From Candidatus Omnitrophota bacterium (GTDB taxonomy: Bacteria; Omnitrophota; Gorgyraeia; Zapsychrales; Fredricksoniimonadaceae): DNA of 64,000 nucleotides. The position numbers and the translations under genes are program-made. Positions 36,818 through 46,510 of this stretch are shown one piece after another. Each line of letters starts with the position of its first letter. Position 1 is the first letter of the stretch. The notes under the pieces are model-generated. The model was not told the origin of the DNA and did no database searches. It saw only the letters and a list, made by a program, of their open reading frames with translations. The DNA lies in NCBI GenBank assembly GCA_903860135.1, contig CAIOPG010000007.1, positions 2,100 to 66,099 on the forward strand. The letters are read 5' to 3'.

Positions 36818-37905
36818 TGAGGCCCACGGCTATCGATCCTGCCTTTTGGCGGAACAAGAATGTTCTTTTGACCGGACATACTGGTTTTAAAGGAGCGTGG
36901 CTTTCTTTATGGCTTGCCCATATCGGTGCCAGGGTGACAGGCGTTGCGTTACCCCCGCCGACAAAGCCCTCTCTTTTTCGTGCCGCGGAAGTGGACAAGC
37001 TTTTGGCAGCTTCGGTTATCCTGGATATCCGCGACCGCCAGAAACTTGTACGTCTTTTTAAAAAAGTAAAACCTCAGATCGTGATTCATATGGCGGCCCA
37101 GCCTTTGGTGCGGGCGTCGTACCTTGATCCTGTCCTGACGTATGAGACTAATGTGATGGGTACGGTAAATCTTCTTGAAGCAACGCGCGCTGTTTCAACT
37201 GTGCGTGCGGTTGTTAATGTGACGACGGACAAGTGTTATGAGAATATTGAGTCCGATAGAGGCTATCGAGAGGGTGATCCTCTGGGTGGTTATGATCCGT
37301 ATTCCAGCAGTAAGGCATGCGCCGAGATTGTGACAGCTGCGTATAGAAGGTCTTTTTTTAGTTCCAAGGAGTATGTCAAACACGGCGTGGCTATGGCTAC
37401 GGCGCGTGCCGGCAATGTGATCGGCGGCGGGGATTGGGCGAAAGACCGTCTTGTTCCTGATTGTATCCGTTCCTTGATGAAGGGGAAGGATATTATTCTT
37501 CGTCATCCACAAGCGGTGCGGCCCTGGCAGCATGTTTTGGAGCCGCTTTGTGGCTATTTGATGCTGGCGCAGAAACTTTTTCTGAAAGGTCCCGCATTTG
37601 CTTTGGGCTGGAATTTTGGTCCCGAACGCAAGGATGTCTTGACGGTAAAACGTGTTGCTGAATTAACGGCAGACGGGTGGGGCGCTGCTTCTAGTGTTAA
37701 GATTGCACCCGGCCGGCATTTGCATGAAGCGAAACTTTTGATGCTGGACATTCGAAAAGCTAAGAAAGAATTGGGATGGAAACCTTGCCTGAGTGTTCAA
37801 CAGGCTTTATCGTTGACGACCGAGTGGTATCAGGCATGGGCGCAAGGTTCTGATATGCAGAGATTCTCATTAAAGCATATTGATGATTTTCAAAAGCGGC
37901 TGTAA
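36817..37905 (+). CDS. rfbG: CDP-glucose 4,6-dehydratase
   Basis: TGHTGFKGAWL, AAQPLV, TTDKCY, DPYSSSK and RPWQHVLEP motifs. Confidence 0.94.
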   Translation: MRPTAIDPAFWRNKNVLLTGHTGFKGAWLSLWLAHIGARVTGVALPPPTKPSLFRAAEVDKLLAASVILDIRDRQKLVRLFKKVKPQIVIHMAAQPLVRASYLDPVLTYETNVMGTVNLLEATRAVSTVRAVVNVTTDKCYENIESDRGYREGDPLGGYDPYSSSKACAEIVTAAYRRSFFSSKEYVKHGVAMATARAGNVIGGGDWAKDRLVPDCIRSLMKGKDIILRHPQAVRPWQHVLEPLCGYLMLAQKLFLKGPAFALGWNFGPERKDVLTVKRVAELTADGWGAASSVKIAPGRHLHEAKLLMLDIRKAKKELGWKPCLSVQQALSLTTEWYQAWAQGSDMQRFSLKHIDDFQKRL

Positions 37906-37952
37906 GTGAGTGTAATTCAGTAAAGAATTATTGTTTCAATTAGAAGGGGATT

Positions 37953-38483
37953 ATGAAATTCAAGGATATCGGGTTGAATGGTGTTTTTTTGATTGAACTT
38001 GAAAAAAGAGAGGATGCTCGAGGATTCTTTGCAAGGGCATGGTGTCGGGAAGAATTTGCGCAGGCGGGACTTGTCCATGATATTGCGCAGGTCAATCTTT
38101 CATTTAATAAGGATAAAGGTACGGTGAGGGGGATGCATTATCAAAAGCCCCCGTATGAAGAAGTCAAGATCGTTTCCTGTGCTCAAGGCGCAATTTTTGA
38201 TGTTGTTATTGATGTCCGCGAAGATTCGCCAACAAAATTTCAGTGGTATGGCGTTGAACTTACGGCAGGCAATGGCAAAATGTTGTATGTTCCTAAAGGT
38301 TTTGCGCATGGTTATCAAACAATACAGGAAGAAACAGCGGTTATTTATTTTGTTTCACAGGCCTATGTCCCATCTTCGGAAAATGGAGTTCATTGGGCTG
38401 ACCCGCGCATGGGTGTTGAGTGGCCCATTGTCAATCAAGTTATAGTATCAGACAAGGATGCGGCTTGGCCGCTGGTGAGATGA
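37953..38483 (+). CDS. rfbC: NDP-4-keto-6-deoxyhexose 3,5-epimerase (RmlC family)
   Basis: DARGFF, GTVRGMHYQ and PKGFAHGY motifs. Confidence 0.88.
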   Translation: MKFKDIGLNGVFLIELEKREDARGFFARAWCREEFAQAGLVHDIAQVNLSFNKDKGTVRGMHYQKPPYEEVKIVSCAQGAIFDVVIDVREDSPTKFQWYGVELTAGNGKMLYVPKGFAHGYQTIQEETAVIYFVSQAYVPSSENGVHWADPRMGVEWPIVNQVIVSDKDAAWPLVR

Positions 38484-39427
38484 ATAACAGAGGCAGATTA
38501 TTTATTACGGGGGCGTCAGGATTTATCGGTTCTCATGTTGTCATGGAGGCCTTGCGTCGTGGATGGGAAGTGGCAGCCCTGGTTCGCAGGGGGGATGATG
38601 TGTGGCGGTTGGCAGGGAGCTTGGACAGGATCCGTATTCTTTATGGTGATCTTGATGAATTGAAGGGCTTCGCCGGTGAATTGACGGGATGGCGGCCAGA
38701 TGTGTGTATTCATTTGGCATGGAATGTAGAGCCAGGGTCATACCTTGAATCTTTGGATAATATTAAATGTTTGAACAACACCATTGAGCTTGAAAAGACC
38801 ATGTTTGATATGGGGTGTTCTATTTTTGTTGCGGCGGGGACTTGCGTGGAATATGGAGCATCGTTGGTGCCCATTTCTGAGGAAGCGCTTGCTGTGCCTC
38901 AAACTGTTTATGCCGCGGCGAAGCTTTCTGCTTGTATCCTGGGAGAGCAGATAGCCAAGAAGTATGGAAAAGTTTTTTCATGGGGGAGGATTTTCTTTGT
39001 GTATGGTCCTCGAGAAGATCGGCGACGCATGGTGCCAGGACTTATTTGTTCTTTGACTGAGGGGAAAGTATTTCAGGCAAGTGCAGGAGATCAGATCAGG
39101 GATTATCTGCATGTAGCGGATGTGGCCGCTGCATTCCTTGTTATTGTTGAGGCGAAAGCCAGTGGTGTTGTTAATATTTGTTCTAGTGTTGGGATCCCGG
39201 TTAGAGATATTATGTTGGAAATAAAGCGACAGATACCAACGGGGCAGATTGAGTTCGGCGCCATAGCGTTGAGGCCGACGTGGGATCCGGCCTGTGTTGT
39301 TGGAGATAACCGTTGCCTGCGGGCATTAGGGTGGGAGCCGGGTTACAGATTGAGTGAAGGTCTTGCTGATACGATTTCTTGGTGGGGGCAGCACTTGAAT
39401 AGTTCGCGTAAAGGCAACGTTTTATGA
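38480..39427 (+). CDS. Extended SDR NDP-sugar 4-reductase (CDP-abequose synthase-like)
   Basis: TGASGFIG, HLAW, GTCVEYG and YAAAK motifs. Confidence 0.8.
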   Translation: MNNRGRLFITGASGFIGSHVVMEALRRGWEVAALVRRGDDVWRLAGSLDRIRILYGDLDELKGFAGELTGWRPDVCIHLAWNVEPGSYLESLDNIKCLNNTIELEKTMFDMGCSIFVAAGTCVEYGASLVPISEEALAVPQTVYAAAKLSACILGEQIAKKYGKVFSWGRIFFVYGPREDRRRMVPGLICSLTEGKVFQASAGDQIRDYLHVADVAAAFLVIVEAKASGVVNICSSVGIPVRDIMLEIKRQIPTGQIEFGAIALRPTWDPACVVGDNRCLRALGWEPGYRLSEGLADTISWWGQHLNSSRKGNVL

Positions 39428-40605
39428 AGTGCCCAGTATGCTTGGCATCAGATCATGAAGTTTTTTGGGAAAAAGCACAGGTCCCTGTTCTACAAAACGC
39501 ACCGCTTCCGGATGAAATTTCAGCGCGGTCGGTTGTTCGTGGTCGTTTGAAATTTGTATTATGCCGGGCATGTGGTTTTGCTTTTAATGCGGGGTATGTT
39601 TCTTCATTGATCAAGTACGATGAACAATATGACAATCAGCAAGGTTTCTCGGGTGTCTTTGCAAAGCATTTGCAGGGTCGTATCGAAAGATTGTTGGATC
39701 TTGGTGTCCGTGATCGGCGCATTGTTGAGATCGGGTGTGGTCAAGGGGAGTTCTTGAATGAGTTGGTGCAGAAGGCCGGCGGGCATACCGAGGGGGTTGG
39801 CTATGATCCGAGTTATGGCGGCGCGGAGGTGCTTCAGGGCGGTAAAGTTAGTTTTGTGAAAAGCTATTACGACCGGGAGTGTGTATCTGGTGCCTCGGAT
39901 ATTGTCCTTTGTCGGCATGTTATTGAACACATCGCTGGTCCGGTTGAGTTTTTGGGGATGATTGCCGCCACGCTTAAAGGTGTTGATTCACGGGTATATC
40001 TTGAAACGCCGTGTTTGGAGTGGATATTGCGCCGAGGGGTTGTGTGGGATCTTTTTTATGAACACTGTTCTCTTTTTACTGTTGGGTCTTTAAGAGTGGC
40101 GTTGGAAAGAAGTAATTTGTCAATGCTTGCGGCGAGTCATGTATTTGAGAAACAGTATTTGTGGGGCGAAGCAGGGATCGGCTCTGAAGCTGCTTTCTCT
40201 GGTTGTTATCAGCTGGAGATGGGAAGCTTATTAAACGCAGCGGCAGGCTTTAAGTTGCAACAGGAAAAAAATCTGGCAAGATGGAGCCATAAGCTTCAGC
40301 TATGGCATAAATCTTCAGGGCGGGTTGCCGTTTGGGGGGCTGGTGCTAAAGGTGTGACTTTTGTCAATATGGTTGATGGCGATAAGGAGTTGATAGATGT
40401 TGTGATTGATATTAATCCGAACAAGCAAGGTAAGTTTGTTCCGGGAACAGGGCATGAGATTATAGGTCCGCAAGAGATTATGAATAGAGGGATTCGCTGT
40501 GTTGTTGTTTTAAATCCGAATTATGTTGAGGAGATACGGCAGTTGTTAGTGTTGCAGGGGCTGCAGGGGAAGATAGTGCTGGAGAATTTGATGAGCGTAG
40601 ATTAA
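39424..40605 (+). CDS. NDP-sugar C-methyltransferase
   Basis: Zn motif CPVC...CRAC, EIGCGQG, RHVIEH, FYEH, and C-terminal WGAGAKG domain. Confidence 0.8.
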   Translation: MKCPVCLASDHEVFWEKAQVPVLQNAPLPDEISARSVVRGRLKFVLCRACGFAFNAGYVSSLIKYDEQYDNQQGFSGVFAKHLQGRIERLLDLGVRDRRIVEIGCGQGEFLNELVQKAGGHTEGVGYDPSYGGAEVLQGGKVSFVKSYYDRECVSGASDIVLCRHVIEHIAGPVEFLGMIAATLKGVDSRVYLETPCLEWILRRGVVWDLFYEHCSLFTVGSLRVALERSNLSMLAASHVFEKQYLWGEAGIGSEAAFSGCYQLEMGSLLNAAAGFKLQQEKNLARWSHKLQLWHKSSGRVAVWGAGAKGVTFVNMVDGDKELIDVVIDINPNKQGKFVPGTGHEIIGPQEIMNRGIRCVVVLNPNYVEEIRQLLVLQGLQGKIVLENLMSVD

Positions 40606-40672
40606 TGGCAGCATGTTAAGCGCAGCACTTCCCAATAACGAGAAGAAATAATACTACGGAGGGTCGGCAATC

Positions 40673-41749
40673 GTGTGGCAAAAAGAATTCTTAAAGAAGA
40701 GTGATGGCTTGAGAGAGTCTCTGGGTTATCAGAATTATCTTCGATATCGCCCGTTAATTGGTGCCATGATTGATGAGATGTTTGTTAAGAGTTCCTCGGC
40801 AAGTCGTTATTGGCAGGAGGAGATCGCCGGGTTTGAATATCTTTTTGATGCTTCGCCTGTTCTGATCGATGCATTTCGGCAGCATTGTTATCATTTGACG
40901 GGCATTCATTCGTATGCTTACCGCGACCACCATGCAAGGTTGAAAAACAAGATCGCACAAAAGCTTTCTATGTTTGGCAAAGAGAAAGGAGCTGCCGGCC
41001 TTTGCGTCCCTGAATCAGCCATGCTCGGCGGGTTTGGGTATGAAATAAAGGGGCAAAGGTATAATGCGGATACATTAAAATATTACGAAAACCTTATTGC
41101 CTTGAATAAGTATGGGGTTTTAGATAAATTACGGCAATGTTCGGATAGAAAAGTTGTTCTTGAAATCGGAGGGGGATGGGGCGGCCTTGCGTATCAGTTT
41201 AAGACGCTGTTCCCAAAGATTACGTATGTTATTGTTGATCTTCCCTTCACACTGCTTTTTTCTTCCATTTATTTAAGTACGGTTTTCCCAAGGGCGAAGA
41301 TCTTAATGTATGAGAAAGATACGATTCTTGAAAAGATGAAGGATATCGCGGGTATTGATTTTATTTTTCTTCCTCATTATTTCTTTGATGATATTAAAAT
41401 GAAGGATATTTTTCTTGCCATGAATACGTCTTCTTTTCAAGAAATGACCACCGAACAGGTAAGGAATTATGTTCATGGTCTAGCCGGTATGGGCTGTGAG
41501 TGGATATATTCCTACAACAGGGATGTCTCTCCCAATAATGATGAAATTTCTTCTGTAAGCAGTATCCTGGGTGAGTGCTATGACCTAAGACCGATTGAAT
41601 TTGATTATCATTTTAATGCAAGGCATCCTTTACTAAGTTACATGAAACGATTGTCATATCAGGTTAAGCGGAAATTTATTGTTTCAGCTGAGAGTGAGCG
41701 TTTGGAATACAAGCATTTATTAGGGACATTGAAAACTGCCAAGAGGTAA
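40673..41749 (+). CDS. Putative sugar O-methyltransferase
   Basis: LEIGGGWG, IVDLP and NTSSFQEM motifs. Confidence 0.75.
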   Translation: MWQKEFLKKSDGLRESLGYQNYLRYRPLIGAMIDEMFVKSSSASRYWQEEIAGFEYLFDASPVLIDAFRQHCYHLTGIHSYAYRDHHARLKNKIAQKLSMFGKEKGAAGLCVPESAMLGGFGYEIKGQRYNADTLKYYENLIALNKYGVLDKLRQCSDRKVVLEIGGGWGGLAYQFKTLFPKITYVIVDLPFTLLFSSIYLSTVFPRAKILMYEKDTILEKMKDIAGIDFIFLPHYFFDDIKMKDIFLAMNTSSFQEMTTEQVRNYVHGLAGMGCEWIYSYNRDVSPNNDEISSVSSILGECYDLRPIEFDYHFNARHPLLSYMKRLSYQVKRKFIVSAESERLEYKHLLGTLKTAKR

Positions 41750-41765
41750 GCGGAGATAAAAGCAT

Positions 41766-42542
41766 ATGAAAATAATTATTGATACTGATGCGGGGCAGTT
41801 GACATTGGCCGGGCAGACCGGTGAAACAAAGAGTATTCCATTGTTTTCAAAAGAAGCCTTTGAGCTTGTTTCCAGAGAATGGGTAAGGGTCGGGTGGAAC
41901 CAAAAGTATCATTATACATTCAGTTGGCTTGGGAGGCCTGTTATTCAGTTGCCTGAGGATCTGATAAGGATTCAAGAGGTGATCTTTCGGATAAAGCCGG
42001 ATGTGATTATAGAAACAGGCGTCGCTCACGGCGGGTCATTGATTTATTATGCTTCGCTTTGTAAAGTTCTTGGTCATGGCAAAGTGATTGGGATTGATTT
42101 AGAGATCAGAGAGCATAATCGCAAGGCGATCCTGGCACATGAGCTTGCTCCTTATATTACGTTAATTCAAGGAGATTCAGTGGCGCCAGATGTTATTAGC
42201 CAGGTTTCTGGGCTTGTTGCCAAAAAAGACAAAGTCTTGATCCTGCTGGATTCATGTCATACCGCTGCGCATGTTCTTAAAGAATTGGAAGCATATGGGC
42301 TGCTGGTTTCTGAAGGTTCCTACATAGTGGCTACAGACGGGATCATGCGAGAACTTTCGGATGTCCCTCGTGGCAAGAAGGAATGGATATGGGATCATCC
42401 CGTATCTGCAGCAGAGGAGTTTTTAAAAAGGCATCCTGAGTTTGTTCAGGAGCAACCGTTATGGCCATTTAATGAGAGTCAGTTGGAGAGGAATATTACG
42501 CATTGGCCGCATGCGTATTTAAAACGTATCGCGCGGAAATAA
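41766..42542 (+). CDS. CmcI ('cephalosporin hydroxylase') family, probable sugar O-methyltransferase
   Basis: WLGRPVIQLPED, IETGVAHGGS and LDSCH motifs. Confidence 0.85.
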   Translation: MKIIIDTDAGQLTLAGQTGETKSIPLFSKEAFELVSREWVRVGWNQKYHYTFSWLGRPVIQLPEDLIRIQEVIFRIKPDVIIETGVAHGGSLIYYASLCKVLGHGKVIGIDLEIREHNRKAILAHELAPYITLIQGDSVAPDVISQVSGLVAKKDKVLILLDSCHTAAHVLKELEAYGLLVSEGSYIVATDGIMRELSDVPRGKKEWIWDHPVSAAEEFLKRHPEFVQEQPLWPFNESQLERNITHWPHAYLKRIARK

Positions 42543-42546
42543 TATT

Positions 42547-43425
42547 ATGAAAGAAGCACCCGGGGTCACAATAGGTCTTCCTGTTTTTAATGAAGAAGCA
42601 CGGATCAGCAGGTGCATGGATGCTCTTTTATGCCAGACATATAAGAATTTTAGATTGATCATTTCTGATAATGGATCTACAGATACCACACGGATAGCTT
42701 GTCAGCAATATCTAGATAAGGATTCTAGGATTCAATTGATTCGTCAGGATAAGAATATGGGAGCGTTCAATAATTTTATTTATGTACTTTCTCAGGCGAA
42801 AACCCCTTATTTTATGTGGGCGGCAGCTGATGATATGTGGTCTGCGAATTTTCTTGAAGAATTAGTTGCTGATCTGGAGCGTAAGCCTGATTGTGCTGTT
42901 ACGATGCCGGCTTTTGACAGGGTTGATGAAGAAGGCCGGAGGCTTGATACGGTCAAGTTTTCGTTAAACAAGGATGCGAAGCTGTATTTTCTTGGCATGG
43001 CCTGGGGTGTAGCCGGAGCGGTCAAATATAATTGTTATATGTATGGTTTGTTCCGCACGGAAATTCTTCAAAGGGCCGCAAGGGTTTTTATGAATGTGCC
43101 GGCGGGTGACAGGATTTTCATCAGCCAGTTGGCATTGGGTGTCAAGTTTTCTTGTGTGGATAAAGTTTTGTATTTTAAGACACTCAGGAAAAGATCAGCA
43201 GCCGTCAGGTATAAGGAAGAGGATTTTAGTATCCTGGCGCAAAGAAGGTTCGCTCCTTTTTATACAGCCATGAATTTTGTCCGGACGATATTTGCTTCTG
43301 AAATAGTGCCGTATCCCCGAAAGTTCCTGGGTATTCTCGTGGCGATCTTTTCATTGGGTTTTGCGGCTTATGCGTGGGCATATCTTTTGCTTAGAAAGAT
43401 CAAGAGAGGTATATGGAAGTTTTAG
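42547..43425 (+). CDS. Glycosyltransferase family 2
   Basis: IGLPVFN, SDNGSTD and FMWAAADD motifs. Confidence 0.9.
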   Translation: MKEAPGVTIGLPVFNEEARISRCMDALLCQTYKNFRLIISDNGSTDTTRIACQQYLDKDSRIQLIRQDKNMGAFNNFIYVLSQAKTPYFMWAAADDMWSANFLEELVADLERKPDCAVTMPAFDRVDEEGRRLDTVKFSLNKDAKLYFLGMAWGVAGAVKYNCYMYGLFRTEILQRAARVFMNVPAGDRIFISQLALGVKFSCVDKVLYFKTLRKRSAAVRYKEEDFSILAQRRFAPFYTAMNFVRTIFASEIVPYPRKFLGILVAIFSLGFAAYAWAYLLLRKIKRGIWKF

Positions 43426-44111
43426 CCTTGATACCGGCGCGTGGCGGATCGCTGCGGGTGCCGAATAAGAATATTTTGCCTTTGAATGGCAAGCCATTGA
43501 TCACTTATACGATCAGTGCGGCCAGGGCAGCGCATCAGGTGACACGGACGCTTGTATCGACAGATTCAAAGGAGATCGCTGCTGTGGCCCGTTCAGCTGG
43601 CGCACAGGTTCCTTTTTTGAGGCCGTCAGGTATTGCTCAATCAGCGTCGACGGAGATGGAGTTTCTGATCCACGCGCTGGACTGGCTGAAAACACAGGAA
43701 GGGTATGTGCCGGATCTTCTGGTGATCCTTTATCCGACGTCTCCTTTTCGTACGGCGGCGTCGATTGATGCGGCGGTTGACAGAATGAAAGCTTCACCGG
43801 AAGCAGATTCCCTGCGGAGTGTCAGGCTATGTTCGGAACATCCGTACAAGATGTGGGTCATGCAGGAGGGCTTGTTGAAGCCGTTGATGGGGCATGCTGA
43901 CAGGAATGCGCACACATGGTCGTATCAATGTTTGCCGCAAGTTTATATCCAGAATGCGAGTATTTATATCACACGTCCGAGGACAATTCTGGAGAAGGGG
44001 AATCCTGTCGGGGATATTATTCTTCCTTTTGTCATGAGTGAAGAAGAATCGCTGGATGTGAATACGGCCCTGGATTTTGAAACGGCTGTCTTCTTGATGG
44101 GGAAACGATGA
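43413..44111 (+). CDS. neuA: Acylneuraminate (ulosonate) cytidylyltransferase
   Basis: IPARGGS..VPNKN, VSTDS, PTSPFR and DVNT..DF motifs. Confidence 0.88.
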   Translation: MEVLALIPARGGSLRVPNKNILPLNGKPLITYTISAARAAHQVTRTLVSTDSKEIAAVARSAGAQVPFLRPSGIAQSASTEMEFLIHALDWLKTQEGYVPDLLVILYPTSPFRTAASIDAAVDRMKASPEADSLRSVRLCSEHPYKMWVMQEGLLKPLMGHADRNAHTWSYQCLPQVYIQNASIYITRPRTILEKGNPVGDIILPFVMSEEESLDVNTALDFETAVFLMGKR

Positions 44112-45442
44112 AGAAACTGATTTGTATATCTTCAGATATATTTATCCGCAATTATATGCTCAGCGGGGCGTTTAATGTACTGGAAGATGATGATACATTT
44201 TTTATTGTCAGCAACAGGGTCAAGAATCGGCATTGTTTTGAATCAAAAAAGAATTTTATGGGATATGTGGAAGAATTATCCTGGCGGGAACGTGCTTTTG
44301 AATGGCTGATCAATATTCAAATGATCCGTCATTTTGATCGTTCAAGAACGTTTCGTTTTCGTTTTAATCGGTATCCTTGGTCGCAGCGTCTGAAATATAT
44401 GTTCGCCGCGCTGCCAGGGTTGTCCTCTTTGGTTATGATGCTCTTGCGGCGTCATATCGGCGAGAATCAGAGTTTGCGTCGGTATTTAAAGGATGTTAGG
44501 CCGGAGGTAATGATCCTCCCGAGTGCGGCGGTTGGGCTTTTGGATTATGATGTGGCGCGTGAGTCAAAGGACCTGAAGATCAGGACATTATTTCTTGTGG
44601 ATGGATGGGATAACCTTTCCAGCAAGACTGTTTTTCTGGTCAAACCGGATTTTCTCGGCGTATGGGGGCCTCAAAGCCAGGCACATGCGCGCGTGATCCA
44701 TGATATGCCGCAAAGCCGTGTCTTTAACATAGGGACGCCGCGCTTTGATCATTATTTCCGAATTGCTGCGCCGGCGAGATTGAAGGCATATCCATTCCCG
44801 TATGTGCTTTTTGCCGGGAATGCGATTCCTTTTGATGAATTGTCAGCACTCCAAGCGCTCGATGCGGCCCTTGCTGGCAGCGGTATACCGGATGTCAGGA
44901 TCATTTATCGGCCTCATCCCTGGCGGCAGCAGCGTTGTTGTCCCGATTTGTTTCAGGAAGAGGATTTTAAGCGGATTGTGATAGATAAGACGGTGCGTGA
45001 GGCTTATTATATGGCGGCCAACGGCCAGCGGCGTGAGGCGTTCGCTGTCCTGCCGCCGCTGGATGAATATCCTTCATTGTTAGCTAACGCCCTTTGTGTC
45101 GTGTCACCATTGTCGACGATGATGATCGAAGCGGCTATTTTCAATACGCCGGTCCTTGCTTTGGCTTATGATGATGGGATCCATTATACAAGCCCGCACA
45201 ATGCGCTCAGGGAGTATGTTCATTTTGAAGGTGTTGAAAATTTGCCTGGATTTGTTTTGTGTCATAAGAAGCCGTGCCTTGAGCGTACTTTTCTTGAGGT
45301 CCTGGATGCTTGCCTGAAAAAGGGCAAGCCTGAAGGTATGCGGGAAAGCCTGCGGCAATATCTTTTTTTTGAAGAGCGGGTATACGCGCAGAGGCTGGCG
45401 GATGCCGTGCATGTTGTGGGGAGTGGGGCCGTTGCTATTTGA
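44108..45442 (+). CDS. Uncharacterised GT-B-like protein, candidate ulosonate transferase
   Basis: WDNLSSK, GTPRFD, YRPHP and STMMIEAA motifs. Coupled to neuA. Confidence 0.5.
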   Translation: MKKLICISSDIFIRNYMLSGAFNVLEDDDTFFIVSNRVKNRHCFESKKNFMGYVEELSWRERAFEWLINIQMIRHFDRSRTFRFRFNRYPWSQRLKYMFAALPGLSSLVMMLLRRHIGENQSLRRYLKDVRPEVMILPSAAVGLLDYDVARESKDLKIRTLFLVDGWDNLSSKTVFLVKPDFLGVWGPQSQAHARVIHDMPQSRVFNIGTPRFDHYFRIAAPARLKAYPFPYVLFAGNAIPFDELSALQALDAALAGSGIPDVRIIYRPHPWRQQRCCPDLFQEEDFKRIVIDKTVREAYYMAANGQRREAFAVLPPLDEYPSLLANALCVVSPLSTMMIEAAIFNTPVLALAYDDGIHYTSPHNALREYVHFEGVENLPGFVLCHKKPCLERTFLEVLDACLKKGKPEGMRESLRQYLFFEERVYAQRLADAVHVVGSGAVAI

Positions 45443-45510
45443 AGACAGGAAAAGGTACAGCGTATTGTACTGTAAGAAAATTTATCTGATGAATAATCAT
45501 GGAGGCAAGC

Positions 45511-46509
45511 ATGCTTAATGGTAAGTCAATTCTGGTCACAGGTGGCACCGGATCGTTCGGGCATAAGTTTACAGAGACGGTGTTGAAGAAATATAAACCG
45601 GCAAAGCTTATTATCTTTAGCCGCGATGAGTATAAACAATACGAGATGGCTAAACTTTTTCCTGAGCAGAAGTATGCGGCGATCCGTTATTTTATCGGTG
45701 ATGTCAGGGACAAGAGCCGGCTGCATCGCGCGTTCCAAGGGGTCGATTATGTGGTGCACGCCGCGGCATTGAAGCAGGTCCCGGCGCTGGAGTACAATCC
45801 GACCGAAGCTGTCCGCACGAATGTTGACGGGGCTAATAATATCGTGGATGCGGCTATTGATGCCGGGGTCAAGAAAGTGATCGCTTTGTCCACGGATAAA
45901 GCGGTTGGGCCTGCCAATCTCTATGGGGCGACGAAGCTTGTGGCGGAGAAGCTCTTTATCGCGGCTAATTCCTACAGCGGCGGATCGGTCAAGTTCTCGG
46001 CGGTGCGTTACGGCAATGTGGTCGGGTCGCGCGGCAGTGTGATCCCGTTTTTTATGGACCTTAAGGCGCAGGGCGTGAAAGAGTATCCGATTACAGATGA
46101 GCGGATGACGCGTTTTTGGATCACCTTGGATCAGGGGGTTGAACTGGTCCTTAAGGCGTTGACGGAATCCGTTGGCGGCGAGATCTTTATTCCCAAGATA
46201 CCATCGATGCGTGTGGTTGATCTGGCCAAGGCCTTGGAGCCTGGCTGTGTGCTCAAGGATATCGGTATCCGCCCGGGAGAGAAGATCCATGAGTCGCTTA
46301 TTTCCGAGGATGAGGCCAGGAAGGCCTTGGAATTTGATAATCATTTCATTGTGTTGCCGCAGTTCATGAAGACCGAGGAGATCGTCGCGAAATTCAAGGG
46401 CGGCAAGGCATTGCCTGACGGATTTATTTATCGCAGTGACTTGAACAAGGATTGGCTGAATATCGATCAACTCAAGATGATGGTGCGTAACTGGAAAATG
46501 GATATTTAG
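45511..46509 (+). CDS. pseB: UDP-N-acetylglucosamine 4,6-dehydratase (inverting)
   Basis: TGGTGSFG, SRDEYKQ, AALKQVP, STDKA, YGATK, RYGNVVGSRGS and RPGEKIHE motifs. Confidence 0.95.
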   Translation: MLNGKSILVTGGTGSFGHKFTETVLKKYKPAKLIIFSRDEYKQYEMAKLFPEQKYAAIRYFIGDVRDKSRLHRAFQGVDYVVHAAALKQVPALEYNPTEAVRTNVDGANNIVDAAIDAGVKKVIALSTDKAVGPANLYGATKLVAEKLFIAANSYSGGSVKFSAVRYGNVVGSRGSVIPFFMDLKAQGVKEYPITDERMTRFWITLDQGVELVLKALTESVGGEIFIPKIPSMRVVDLAKALEPGCVLKDIGIRPGEKIHESLISEDEARKALEFDNHFIVLPQFMKTEEIVAKFKGGKALPDGFIYRSDLNKDWLNIDQLKMMVRNWKMDI

Positions 46510-46510
46510 T

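Noticed and set aside
41766-42542. Beta-lactam (cephamycin) biosynthesis
   Set aside because: CmcI-family proteins in glycan loci are methyltransferase-fold sugar modifiers. No beta-lactam genes are present.
45455-45475. GTACAGCGTATTGTACTGTA as a LexA box or operator before pseB
   Set aside because: Half-sites are in the wrong orientation for CTGT-N8-ACAG and the arms are only 5 bp.
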